Shown: piece by piece, positions 1-6,983 of the stretch
Position numbering within the stretch: the stretch's first letter is position 1
Layout: each line of letters opens with the position of its first letter
IMG/VR virus record: IMGVR_UViG_3300032216_000291
Location: 1 to 28,664 of that record
Strand: one strand, 5' to 3'
DNA: 28,664 nucleotides
From: a virus
Taxonomy: Duplodnaviria; Caudoviricetes
Position numbers and translations under genes: made by a program
Notes under the pieces: generated by a model
Told to the model about the DNA's origin: nothing
Databases searched by the model: none
The model's input: only the letters and a program-made list of their open reading frames with translations

Positions 1-1
1 C

Positions 2-349
2 GCACTTCTCAATGCGTGGGTCTTCAAGACCGTTGATGAGAGATGACACGAACGAACCGTGCTCGGCACGTGCCCTGTCCCAAGGTTTGTTCTCGGTGTA
101 CCAAGCATGACCGAGTTCATGCAGTGCATACCCGATCATGTTGTTGAACGTGGTCATCGGTATGTCTGCCTTGTCATCGATGGATGGGAAGATCACCTTG
201 ACATCAGTCGAGTAGTAACCACGGCTGAAGATGATTCCCGCAGTCTTGCCCGACCACAGAACCTCCAGTTGTCCAATGCGAGAACCGCTCGCATTGAAGA
301 CACGTTCGAGCGTAGTCGCTACGCCCCGCTTTACGTTTGTACCTAGCAT
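2..349 (-). CDS. CobT-like / metallopeptidase (HExxH) protein, probable VWA partner of the MoxR-type ATPase (5' part only; runs off the window edge)
   Basis: Not in the ORF track; translated by hand. ATG at 349 with an AGGAGA RBS, open to the edge: MLGTNVKRGVATTLERVF...MIGYALHELGHAWYTE...LINGLEDPRIEKC. HELGH followed by N-x-x-ED-x-RIE is typical of CobT N-terminal domains, and the gene lies directly downstream of a CobS/MoxR AAA. The VWA domain is inferred, not seen. Confidence 0.75.
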   Translation of the reverse strand, partial: MLGTNVKRGVATTLERVFNASGSRIGQLEVLWSGKTAGIIFSRGYYSTDVKVIFPSIDDKADIPMTTFNNMIGYALHELGHAWYTENKPWDRARAEHGSFVSSLINGLEDPRIEKC

Positions 350-359
350 GTTGATCTCC

Positions 360-1832
360 TTAACGTTTGATTAGGTAAGACTTCAATGTGTCGACATCGA
401 TAGTCGCTGAGTAGATTCCACGCAATTCGCTTTCGCACTCTGCGGGGAACTTGTTGACGATGGCGTTCTCAAACGCTATCGATACAGGCATGCCACGTTG
501 CATCGCTCTTGCCCAAGCGAACAGTTGACGTAGTGATGGGGGCTGAGTCAGCAACCCCGCTCTCGCTTTCTCACGTGCGGTGTTGGCGAACCGAACAAGC
601 ACGTCAGTCGCATCGATGGGCAACAAGGTGCGCTTGTTGATCAGTGCAACCTCCTTGTCGTGAGGCAAGTAATCGAACTTGAGAGTGAAAGAGAACCGAT
701 CAAGGAAGGCAGTGTTCTTGCTACGAACACCGTCAAAGTTCCCGCTCTCGTCACCGTGACCGTTCGAGTTGTCAGCGCAGAAGAAGACCACGTGACTTGC
801 CACTGGGATGCGAACGCCTGTCTCGGCAATCACGATCGAGCGGTGAGGTGAGCGCTCGCACAAGGCGTGGAGCACTGCAAGGTTTTGACTACGTGCGAAC
901 CCGATCTCATCGAGCAGAACGATAGCACCCGCATGCTGAATCGCTTGAGTGATCACGCCCTCTTTCCATTCAACGTCACCGCCCTTGATGGTGTTACCGC
1001 CAATGAACTCGGCTCTCTCGATAGCCTCATCGAAGTTCACTCGGAAGAGTCTGCGACCAAGTCGACAGGCTACCTGAGAAACGAACTCGGTCTTGCCAGT
1101 GCCACGCTCACCGCCTAGCCACACATTGTCAGGCAAGGAGTCATCGAGGGCGATCAAGGTCTGATGCAAGTTCTTGGGATCGAACATGTAGTCATCGACC
1201 AAGGCGGGAGCATCAGGGTCAGCCCATATCTCAAGGGGCATCGCTCCGAAGTCTACAACCTGACCATCGTGATCGTATTGGCAAACGTCACCGAACACCT
1301 CGAAGGCAGTCTTGCGAACCGTCTTGGGCACGGCATTGGCAATCGCTACGATCTCCTCCCTTGGTGTGATCTTGCGGAAAGAATCGAACATGTCAGAGAC
1401 CTGAGACCTGATCACGTTCTCGACCTTGCCGTAGTCAACGCCTTGAATGCTTGTCACTGCATTGTTTAAACGAGCAGTCAGTTCGTTGAATTTTGCCTCG
1501 TTTGCGGTCTGTTGTCTCAGGTTGGAGTCGAGCAACTTGTCGGCTACCTCCTTGACACGTTTCACGCCATCGACCGCATTGGAAATGTCAGCCTGAGTCT
1601 GCATGATTTTCTGCTTGATCTCATCGTCAACCTTTGAGTTGGTAGCGAGAGCGGATGCCTGAGAGGGGACGGTTGCCTTGACCTCTGCAAGAGTGACCAA
1701 GCCGTTGTTGATCAGTTCGAGCACCGCCTTGACCGCATCGTTCTTGGTGATATGGAAAGGCAAACCTCGGTTGGTCAACACGGTGTTGAGCACAGGGGTC
1801 TGCATCTTGGAAAGTTCTAAAGTGATATTCAT
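360..1832 (-). CDS. MoxR/CbbQ/CobS-type AAA+ ATPase with an N-terminal coiled-coil extension
   Basis: Walker A GERGTGKT, Walker B IVLLDE, sensor/Arg finger FFCADN...AFLDRF, C-terminal PSLRQL lid motif; RBS AAGGAGG. Confidence 0.88.
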   Translation of the reverse strand: MNITLELSKMQTPVLNTVLTNRGLPFHITKNDAVKAVLELINNGLVTLAEVKATVPSQASALATNSKVDDEIKQKIMQTQADISNAVDGVKRVKEVADKLLDSNLRQQTANEAKFNELTARLNNAVTSIQGVDYGKVENVIRSQVSDMFDSFRKITPREEIVAIANAVPKTVRKTAFEVFGDVCQYDHDGQVVDFGAMPLEIWADPDAPALVDDYMFDPKNLHQTLIALDDSLPDNVWLGGERGTGKTEFVSQVACRLGRRLFRVNFDEAIERAEFIGGNTIKGGDVEWKEGVITQAIQHAGAIVLLDEIGFARSQNLAVLHALCERSPHRSIVIAETGVRIPVASHVVFFCADNSNGHGDESGNFDGVRSKNTAFLDRFSFTLKFDYLPHDKEVALINKRTLLPIDATDVLVRFANTAREKARAGLLTQPPSLRQLFAWARAMQRGMPVSIAFENAIVNKFPAECESELRGIYSATIDVDTLKSYLIKR

Positions 1833-1851
1833 GGTTTAAGCCTCCTTGAAA

Positions 1852-2448
1852 TTAAACGAGTTGAGTTGGTGTACCGCAGAAACATGTCGGCATGCCCTTG
1901 GTAGCGTTGAACTGAGAGATGCGAAACGAGAACTGCCATTTGACCTTGCCCTCAAGATCGGTCTCGATGCAACTGGGGCAAACGGCTTTCAGCATCCGAG
2001 TGGTTTGCGTCTTGCGGTCAGCCATCACGTCTAGGTTGGCGTGAGGGTATTCACCTAGCCCATCGATGAGAGAGGCGAACTCTTTCTTGAATCGATCCCC
2101 GATCTTGGTTGCGGTAGGTGCGCCCTCAAGGTACATCTTCTTGACCAGTTTAGGAAAGCGACCACGGTGACCGTCCCCCGCAGTGGCAGAGTGAGCAAGT
2201 TCGTGCACCATGATGCCCGCCACTTGCCAAGGGTCAGCCTCGACAGGGGAGATAAAGATTTCATGGTGACCGTCAGCACTGGAGGAGGGAGGATGCCACT
2301 CGCCCATCGCCCTGTTTAAAGCACGTGCATGGCGGGAAGGGAAACCGCATGTCACCCTGATCTTGTCAGGGAGTGGATAGCCGTAAGCGTCAAAGACAGG
2401 ACGCAATTCATCGACTAGGTTGTAGAGCCAAGGTTCACGGTGATTCAT
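1852..2448 (-). CDS. SprT-like zinc metalloprotease with a C-terminal Zn ribbon
   Basis: EIFISP...HELAH...GH zincin motif; C-terminal CPSC...CFCG; RBS GGAGG. Confidence 0.8.
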   Translation of the reverse strand: MNHREPWLYNLVDELRPVFDAYGYPLPDKIRVTCGFPSRHARALNRAMGEWHPPSSSADGHHEIFISPVEADPWQVAGIMVHELAHSATAGDGHRGRFPKLVKKMYLEGAPTATKIGDRFKKEFASLIDGLGEYPHANLDVMADRKTQTTRMLKAVCPSCIETDLEGKVKWQFSFRISQFNATKGMPTCFCGTPTQLV

Positions 2449-2636
2449 AGTAAGCCTCCAAGGAAGTTAAAGAAAGTGTCACGCCCGATACACTCACCTA
2501 GATGGCGAGAGCCGTCAGCGTAAACAAACGATTCACCGCAACCGCCCATGTAGTCGAGCAGTCCGATGCAGAGCAACGATGCGAACACCGATGCAAGCAA
2601 AATGTTGATTAGCACATAAAGAATTTTTTTAATCAT
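2445..2636 (-). CDS. small hypothetical membrane protein (63 aa)
   Basis: Start re-called at ATG 2636 (MIKKILYVLINILLASVFASLLCIGLL..., one hydrophobic N-terminal helix) with GAGG upstream; its stop overlaps the SprT-like start. Confidence 0.6.
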   Translation of the reverse strand: MIKKILYVLINILLASVFASLLCIGLLDYMGGCGESFVYADGSRHLGECIGRDTFFNFLGGLL

Positions 2637-2796
2637 TTTTAATGAACACCTCTTGAATACGCACGATCCATCGACCGCATTTTTCTTTGCTCTGTAGGAG
2701 CGCCATCTCTTCCGCTTGCTCATACATGTCGTAAATACCAATGACCTGACCAATAAAGTCTTCGTTGAAAACAACGACTTCAAATTTTTGATTCAT
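2629..2796 (-). CDS. hypothetical protein (55 aa), first gene of the leftward operon
   Basis: Start re-called at ATG 2796 behind a strong AGGAGA RBS: MNQKFEVVVFNEDFIGQVIGIYD... Confidence 0.65.
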   Translation of the reverse strand: MNQKFEVVVFNEDFIGQVIGIYDMYEQAEEMALLQSKEKCGRWIVRIQEVFIKND

Positions 2797-2824
2797 AAAT
2801 TCTCCTGTTAAGTTAAAGAAAGTG

Positions 2825-3082
2825 CATCTTGTTAGGCAGTGATATGCACTGCCCAAGGTAGATGAATTTTCATCATGCATGCGAACATGCATTACAAAGA
2901 ACAACCTATCGCTAGGGATTTCGCACTCGCCACAATCATCAGGTCATGGGTCAAAGCGGTCATGTGTTACGGTACAGGGTCTCGGCAGTTTCGCTCTTAC
3001 GCCCTCTAGTCTCCCGCTCACACTGCCCTCTTCTTGTTACTCGCTACGGCATTTGCGAGTCGATCAGTGCAATCACCAACCG
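2825..3082 (-). ncRNA. candidate structured leader RNA of the leftward operon
   Basis: Minus-strand hairpins at 3061-3082 (with G-U pairs), 3039-3060 (ACTCGC/GCGAGT), 2905-2916 (CCUA-GCGA-UAGG, GNRA loop), 2875-2892 (AUGCAUG-UUCG-CAUGCAU) and 2825-2864 (long interrupted stem). No convincing ORF. Confidence 0.45.
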
Positions 3083-3089
3083 AAAACTA

Positions 3090-3098
3090 ATAATAGCA
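3090..3098 (-). promoter_or_regulatory. putative extended -10 sigma70 promoter of the leftward operon
   Basis: Minus strand reads TG-C-TATTAT, about 7 nt upstream of the first leader hairpin. The -35 is poor. Confidence 0.45.
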
Positions 3099-3321
3099 CT
3101 ATTTAAACGGTCTAGCCACTATTACGGTTGACAAAAAACAACAAATTAACAAATATTTTTCAATAAGTTATTAGTAAACATCTGAGAATTATTTGAAAAC
3201 AAAAGTGTATTTGACCGATTTAAACGCCCTACAAGCGATTATTTATGGTGCAAGCACCTACCCCCTTACCGTGCTTGCGTTCGTGCAACCTGAGAGGTTT
3301 GTGGTCTTTAGTACTAATAAG

Positions 3322-3372
3322 TTATTCACATTTTTCTGTGGATAACTTTACTTATCAACACCCTGTGGATAA
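3322..3372. promoter_or_regulatory. cluster of four DnaA boxes (putative replication origin)
   Basis: TTATTCACA 3322-3330, TGTGGATAA 3337-3345, TTATCAACA 3352-3360 (1 mismatch), TGTGGATAA 3364-3372; consensus TTATNCACA. AT-rich tract at ~3130-3245. Confidence 0.7.
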
Positions 3373-3431
3373 CTAGATGGGATCGGAATGGTCTTGTTCG
3401 CTGTTGAGACTGCCTGTTTAAACAGCCTAAG

Positions 3432-3464
3432 TTAATGTATGCCACGCACCGTGCCATACATTAA
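3432..3464. repeat. inverted repeat / hairpin
   Basis: TTAATGTATG-C-CACG-CAC-CGTG-C-CATACATTAA: 14 bp stem with one mismatch, flanked by GTTTAAAC at 3416 and 3473. Confidence 0.8.
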
Positions 3465-3482
3465 AGTTCAACGTTTAAACGG

Positions 3483-3513
3483 TGAGCCTGTGATGAGCCT
3501 GTCGTGAGCCTGT
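3483..3513 (+). repeat. three direct repeats TGAGCCTGT at 11-bp period (iteron-like)
   Basis: Copies at 3483-3491, 3494-3502 and 3505-3513. Confidence 0.85.
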
Positions 3514-3612
3514 GAAAAGCGGGGACTCATAGCGTAGCGAAATGGTCAGGCGTTGTAGATCAGTGATAAGGTCAAGGAGTGTAGAAGTCATGTCCTAGAT
3601 GTCCTGATGTTG

Positions 3613-3641
3613 CGAACAGTGTACGAACAGATAGCGAACAG
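3613..3641 (+). promoter_or_regulatory. three CGAACAG direct repeats at 11-bp period (GAAC-N7-GAAC-N7-GAAC, alphaproteobacterial-type SOS box array)
   Basis: Copies at 3613-3619, 3624-3630 and 3635-3641, immediately upstream of TTGACA. The repeat is directly visible; the operator role is inferred. Confidence 0.6.
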
Positions 3642-3643
3642 TG

Positions 3644-3672
3644 TTGACAATCGATGTTTAAACGAACACCAT
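3644..3672 (+). promoter_or_regulatory. putative sigma70 promoter for terS / late operon
   Basis: Perfect TTGACA at 3644-3649, a 17-nt spacer containing GTTTAAAC, and a weak -10 CACCAT at 3667-3672. Confidence 0.4.
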
Positions 3673-3731
3673 ACGAATGAAATCACTCAGGGTCAAGGCA
3701 CTGGGCAACCACACTGAAAGGGAATGAAATC

Positions 3732-4343
3732 ATGGCAAACGACAAGCAAATGAATACAAGCACCACAAGCACGAACAATGCAAGCACAACGCCCGAGGGG
3801 GACTATGTCGAAGACATGCGGTCACGTGCGTCACAAGTAGAAGTAAAGGTAAAGAAGAATGGACTACCAAGAGGAGTGCATAGAGAGGAAACATCAACGA
3901 ATGGCAGAGACAAACGAATGACCGCAAAGATGCATGCATTCGCATCTAACGTGGTGCAAGGCATGAGTCCAAGCGATGCGTATAGGAGAGCATACGACAC
4001 GTCCAACATGTCAGAGGCGAGCACAATGTCAGAGGCGAACCGTTTATTGAAAGACCCAAGGATCACTCAGTTATTGGAGTCTTTTTGGACAACCCTCAAA
4101 GAAAACGTCATTGCTGATGCAGTTTCTACTCGGAGACACATCATGGCTGAGTTGTACGAACATGCTCAGAACAAGGAGGCTCAGTTGAGTAACCGATTGA
4201 AATCATTGGAGTTAATGGGCAGAGCAGTCGGCATGTTCACTGACAAGGTAGAGACCAAGACCGAGGAAGTCAATGTCGATACACTCAAGAAAGAACTGGA
4301 GTCTTCACTGCTACTGCTACAGTCAGCGAAGCCACTGCACTGA
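3732..4343 (+). CDS. terS: terminase small subunit
   Basis: HTH-like N-terminal block MTAKMHAFASNVVQGMSPSDAYRRAY...SEANRLLKDPRI and a RLKSLELMGRAVGMFTDKVE segment, both typical of TerS; lies upstream of TerL. Confidence 0.8.
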   Translation: MANDKQMNTSTTSTNNASTTPEGDYVEDMRSRASQVEVKVKKNGLPRGVHREETSTNGRDKRMTAKMHAFASNVVQGMSPSDAYRRAYDTSNMSEASTMSEANRLLKDPRITQLLESFWTTLKENVIADAVSTRRHIMAELYEHAQNKEAQLSNRLKSLELMGRAVGMFTDKVETKTEEVNVDTLKKELESSLLLLQSAKPLH

Positions 4344-4383
4344 GTTTAAACGGTGCTCCCCCTTGGCGAATGGCGTTGTGCGA

Positions 4384-4406
4384 CACCCACCACCCACCCA
4401 CCCCCC
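4384..4406 (-). other. potential G-quadruplex in the C/A-skewed spacer after terS
   Basis: Minus strand reads GGGGGG-T-GGG-T-GGG-TGGT-GGG. Confidence 0.5.
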
Positions 4407-4561
4407 GATCGTGGCGGTGCGCCCGCACGGTACACTACACTCAAAACTACACACCCCACCACAAACTGTAGTACACTACGAACGTTCTCTCCCACAGAGA
4501 CCCCCCCTTATGTTTTCAAATCGAAAGGGGTAGGGGTATATATATTTTTACAGGAGGCGTT

Positions 4562-4786
4562 ATGACCAAAGAAGAATACAACATATTGTTTCATAAAGAG
4601 CAACTTAATCTTGTTGCGTTTAAGCGCTTGATGGATTGCGATGAAGAAGTTTTGCGGTTAATTAACAGGGCGGTGCAAGAAGAACGTGAGGCGTGTGCAA
4701 AGGTAGCGGATGAATATGCTGAGGGGTTGGAACGTAATTATTCTGAAATCATTGCTGAAAAAATCAGAGCAAGGGGACAAGAATGA
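4562..4786 (+). CDS. hypothetical phage protein
   Basis: RBS AGGAGG; contains the EEREACAKVADE pattern common in small phage proteins. Confidence 0.75.
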   Translation: MTKEEYNILFHKEQLNLVAFKRLMDCDEEVLRLINRAVQEEREACAKVADEYAEGLERNYSEIIAEKIRARGQE

Positions 4787-5028
4787 CCAAAGACAAAGCA
4801 CTGGAAATGGCTTTAGAGTTGATAATAAAAATCAATAAAGAAGGATGGATGTTGGCAGATTTTGAGCCAGAGATGTATGCCTGCATTACTGCCATCAAAG
4901 AAGCATTAGCACAAAGAGTTGTACAAGTTAAGCCTTGGGAGTTCAATATGATGACGCAGGGCAAGGAAGATATAACAGGTGAGCCTATTGCATGGTCTCA
5001 GTGGCCCAATAAAGAACACAATGTTTAA
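4783..5028 (+). CDS. hypothetical phage protein
   Basis: ATGA overlap with the previous gene; ALEMALE...AIKEALAQ pattern common in small phage proteins. Confidence 0.7.
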   Translation: MTKDKALEMALELIIKINKEGWMLADFEPEMYACITAIKEALAQRVVQVKPWEFNMMTQGKEDITGEPIAWSQWPNKEHNV

Positions 5029-5034
5029 ACATTC

Positions 5035-5250
5035 ATGTACAATACGGTAACGTTACCACTTTGTTTTGCCATGAATCTCCAACTTGTACAACTAGCCCAA
5101 GAATGTATGAACTTGACCGTAGAGGAAATGAAGATACTCATACAGCACCTTAAAACACTCATTGACTCTGAAGAACTTTCTTCTGTCTCAAAATCAAGTT
5201 GGCGTAAACGCCAAGTCTTGGAACAAATGGAAAGGGAAAACAATGACTGA
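5035..5250 (+). CDS. hypothetical protein (start uncertain, possibly ATG 5071)
   Basis: Fills the gap in the + strand operon and overlaps the next start. Confidence 0.5.
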   Translation: MYNTVTLPLCFAMNLQLVQLAQECMNLTVEEMKILIQHLKTLIDSEELSSVSKSSWRKRQVLEQMERENND

Positions 5251-5473
5251 GAAACAAAAGTTGGTCTATGACTTCATCCAAACTTTTATTAAGATACGAG
5301 GGTTTTCCCCATCTTATTCAGAGATAGCACAAGGTTTGGGCATGCGTTCTAAGTCCAATATCCACCGTCATATTCATACTTTAAAAGAACGGGGATTGCT
5401 ACAGATCAAACCCCACATGATCAGGTCTATGAAAGTTGTGGACAATACCGTTAAACACGTACTTAGCCTGTGA
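5243..5473 (+). CDS. LexA-type DNA-binding-domain-only protein (winged HTH, no peptidase domain)
   Basis: Start re-called at ATG 5243 (76 aa): MTEKQKLVYDFI...GFSPSYSEIAQGLGMRSKSNIHRHIHTLKERGLL...PHMIRSM, matching the LexA N-terminal domain pattern. Confidence 0.85.
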   Translation: MTEKQKLVYDFIQTFIKIRGFSPSYSEIAQGLGMRSKSNIHRHIHTLKERGLLQIKPHMIRSMKVVDNTVKHVLSL

Positions 5474-6975
5474 CTCTTCTTACCCAACAAGAAATAACAC
5501 AGTATCGAGAACTGTTGGATGTCCTGCCTCCAGACCATCCCAACGTAACAAAAATAAATACCCTCTTTGTAGAAGACAAGAAAGAACGCTGTAGAAACAA
5601 CTTCTTGCCGTTCGTGCGTGAGATGTGGTCAGCCTTTATTCCCGGCAAGCACCACAGAGATATGGCAGAGGCGTTTGAGAGAGTAGCCGAAGGTAAGTTA
5701 AAGAGACTCATCATCAATATGCCTCCCAGACACACCAAGTCTGAGTTTGCATCTTTTCTTCTTCCCGCTTGGTTCTTAGGAAAATACCCTGAAAAGAAAA
5801 TCATTGAGACCGCCCACACCGCTGAACTGGCTGTAGGCTTTGGTCGTAAGGTCAGGAACTTGGTCAATACACCCAACTATCAGGCTATCTTCCCAACCAA
5901 ACTATCTACAGACTCCAAAGCCGCTGGACGTTGGAACACCAACAAAGGCGGGGATTATTTTGCGATTGGTGTTGGTGGTGCTGTAACGGGTAAAGGCGCT
6001 GACCTTCTCATCATTGATGATCCACACTCCGAACAAGAAGCCATGCAGGGTACTTCTTCAGTCTATGACCGAGTGTTTGAATGGTACAACTCTGGTCCTC
6101 GACAGCGTTTACAGCCGGGAGGAGCCATTATTATTGTGATGACTCGCTGGTCTAAGAAAGATTTAACGGGTCAAATCCTTGCAAATGCCGCAAGTCGTGA
6201 AGGAGATGAATGGGAAGTCATTGAATTTCCTGCTTTGATGCCTAGCGGAAAACCCTTATGGCCCGAATTTTGGAGCGAAAAGGAACTGCATGCCATCAAA
6301 ACAGAACTCCCAGTTAGTAAATGGGAAGCCCAGTACCAGCAAAATCCAACCTCAGAAGAGGGAGCCATCATCAAACGGGAGTACTGGAGAATCTGGGAGG
6401 ACGATAGCCCGCCTCCTATTGAGTACACCATCCAATCTTGGGATACAGCGTTTGAGAAAAACAACAGAGCAGACTTCTCAGCCTGCACCACATGGGGCGT
6501 TTTCTCCATGCCCAATGAAAACGGTGAAAGCCGTGCCAATATTATTTTGCTCAATGCCGTCAAAGAACGCATGGAGTTCCCAGAATTAAAAAGAAGAGCG
6601 TTTGAGCAATACAAAGAATGGGAACCAGATACCTGTATTGTGGAGAAAAGAGCGGCAGGCGCTCCATTGATTTATGAGTTAAGACAGATGGGAATTCCTG
6701 TTTCGGAATATACACCGGGTAAAGGAAGTGATAAGATAGCCCGTGTAAACGCCGTATCTGACCTGTTCTCGTCAGGTATGGTGTGGTGTCCTAACACTCG
6801 CTGGGCTGATGAAGTCATGGAAGAGTGCGCCTCTTTTCCAAATGGCGACCATGACGACTTGGTGGACTCAACGAGTCAAGCACTGTTAAGATTTCGGCAG
6901 GGTGGCTTTCTTCGTTTAAACAGCGATAGAGAAGATGAAGTTAAGCCATTTAAACGCAAGATGGCGTACTACTAA
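5470..6975 (+). CDS. terL: terminase large subunit
   Basis: Walker A MPPRHTKS, Walker B LLIIDDP, motif III VMTRW, QSWDTA and HDDLVDS RNase H nuclease residues; GTG start overlapping the previous stop. Confidence 0.95.
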   Translation: MTLLTQQEITQYRELLDVLPPDHPNVTKINTLFVEDKKERCRNNFLPFVREMWSAFIPGKHHRDMAEAFERVAEGKLKRLIINMPPRHTKSEFASFLLPAWFLGKYPEKKIIETAHTAELAVGFGRKVRNLVNTPNYQAIFPTKLSTDSKAAGRWNTNKGGDYFAIGVGGAVTGKGADLLIIDDPHSEQEAMQGTSSVYDRVFEWYNSGPRQRLQPGGAIIIVMTRWSKKDLTGQILANAASREGDEWEVIEFPALMPSGKPLWPEFWSEKELHAIKTELPVSKWEAQYQQNPTSEEGAIIKREYWRIWEDDSPPPIEYTIQSWDTAFEKNNRADFSACTTWGVFSMPNENGESRANIILLNAVKERMEFPELKRRAFEQYKEWEPDTCIVEKRAAGAPLIYELRQMGIPVSEYTPGKGSDKIARVNAVSDLFSSGMVWCPNTRWADEVMEECASFPNGDHDDLVDSTSQALLRFRQGGFLRLNSDREDEVKPFKRKMAYY

Positions 6976-6983
6976 GGATTCAC

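Noticed and set aside
59-346. Plus-strand 95-aa ORF from the track
   Set aside because: It is antisense to the CobT-like gene, which has an RBS and recognisable motifs.
360-1832. cobS as a cobalamin auxiliary metabolic gene
   Set aside because: No cobN or other cob genes are present; phage CobS/CobT-like pairs are generic MoxR-VWA systems.
2919-2942. Hammerhead-like CUGAUGA...GAAA on the minus strand
   Set aside because: The intervening sequence does not form a canonical stem II (no G-C closing pair), and I could not build stems I and III with an NUH site.
3128-3160. TTGACA as a rightward promoter
   Set aside because: No good -10 at 16-18 nt spacing and no nearby downstream gene.
3414-3425. 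CTGT...ACAG as a beta/gamma-proteobacterial SOS box
   Set aside because: The spacer is 4 nt rather than the required 8.
3483-3641. Short repeats as a CRISPR or mini-array
   Set aside because: The units are 7-9 bp with 2-4 nt gaps, there are no spacers, and no cas genes are present.
4273-4565. ORFs 4273-4533 and 4353-4565
   Set aside because: Low-complexity Pro/Thr/His translations of the C/A-rich spacer, with no convincing RBS or start.
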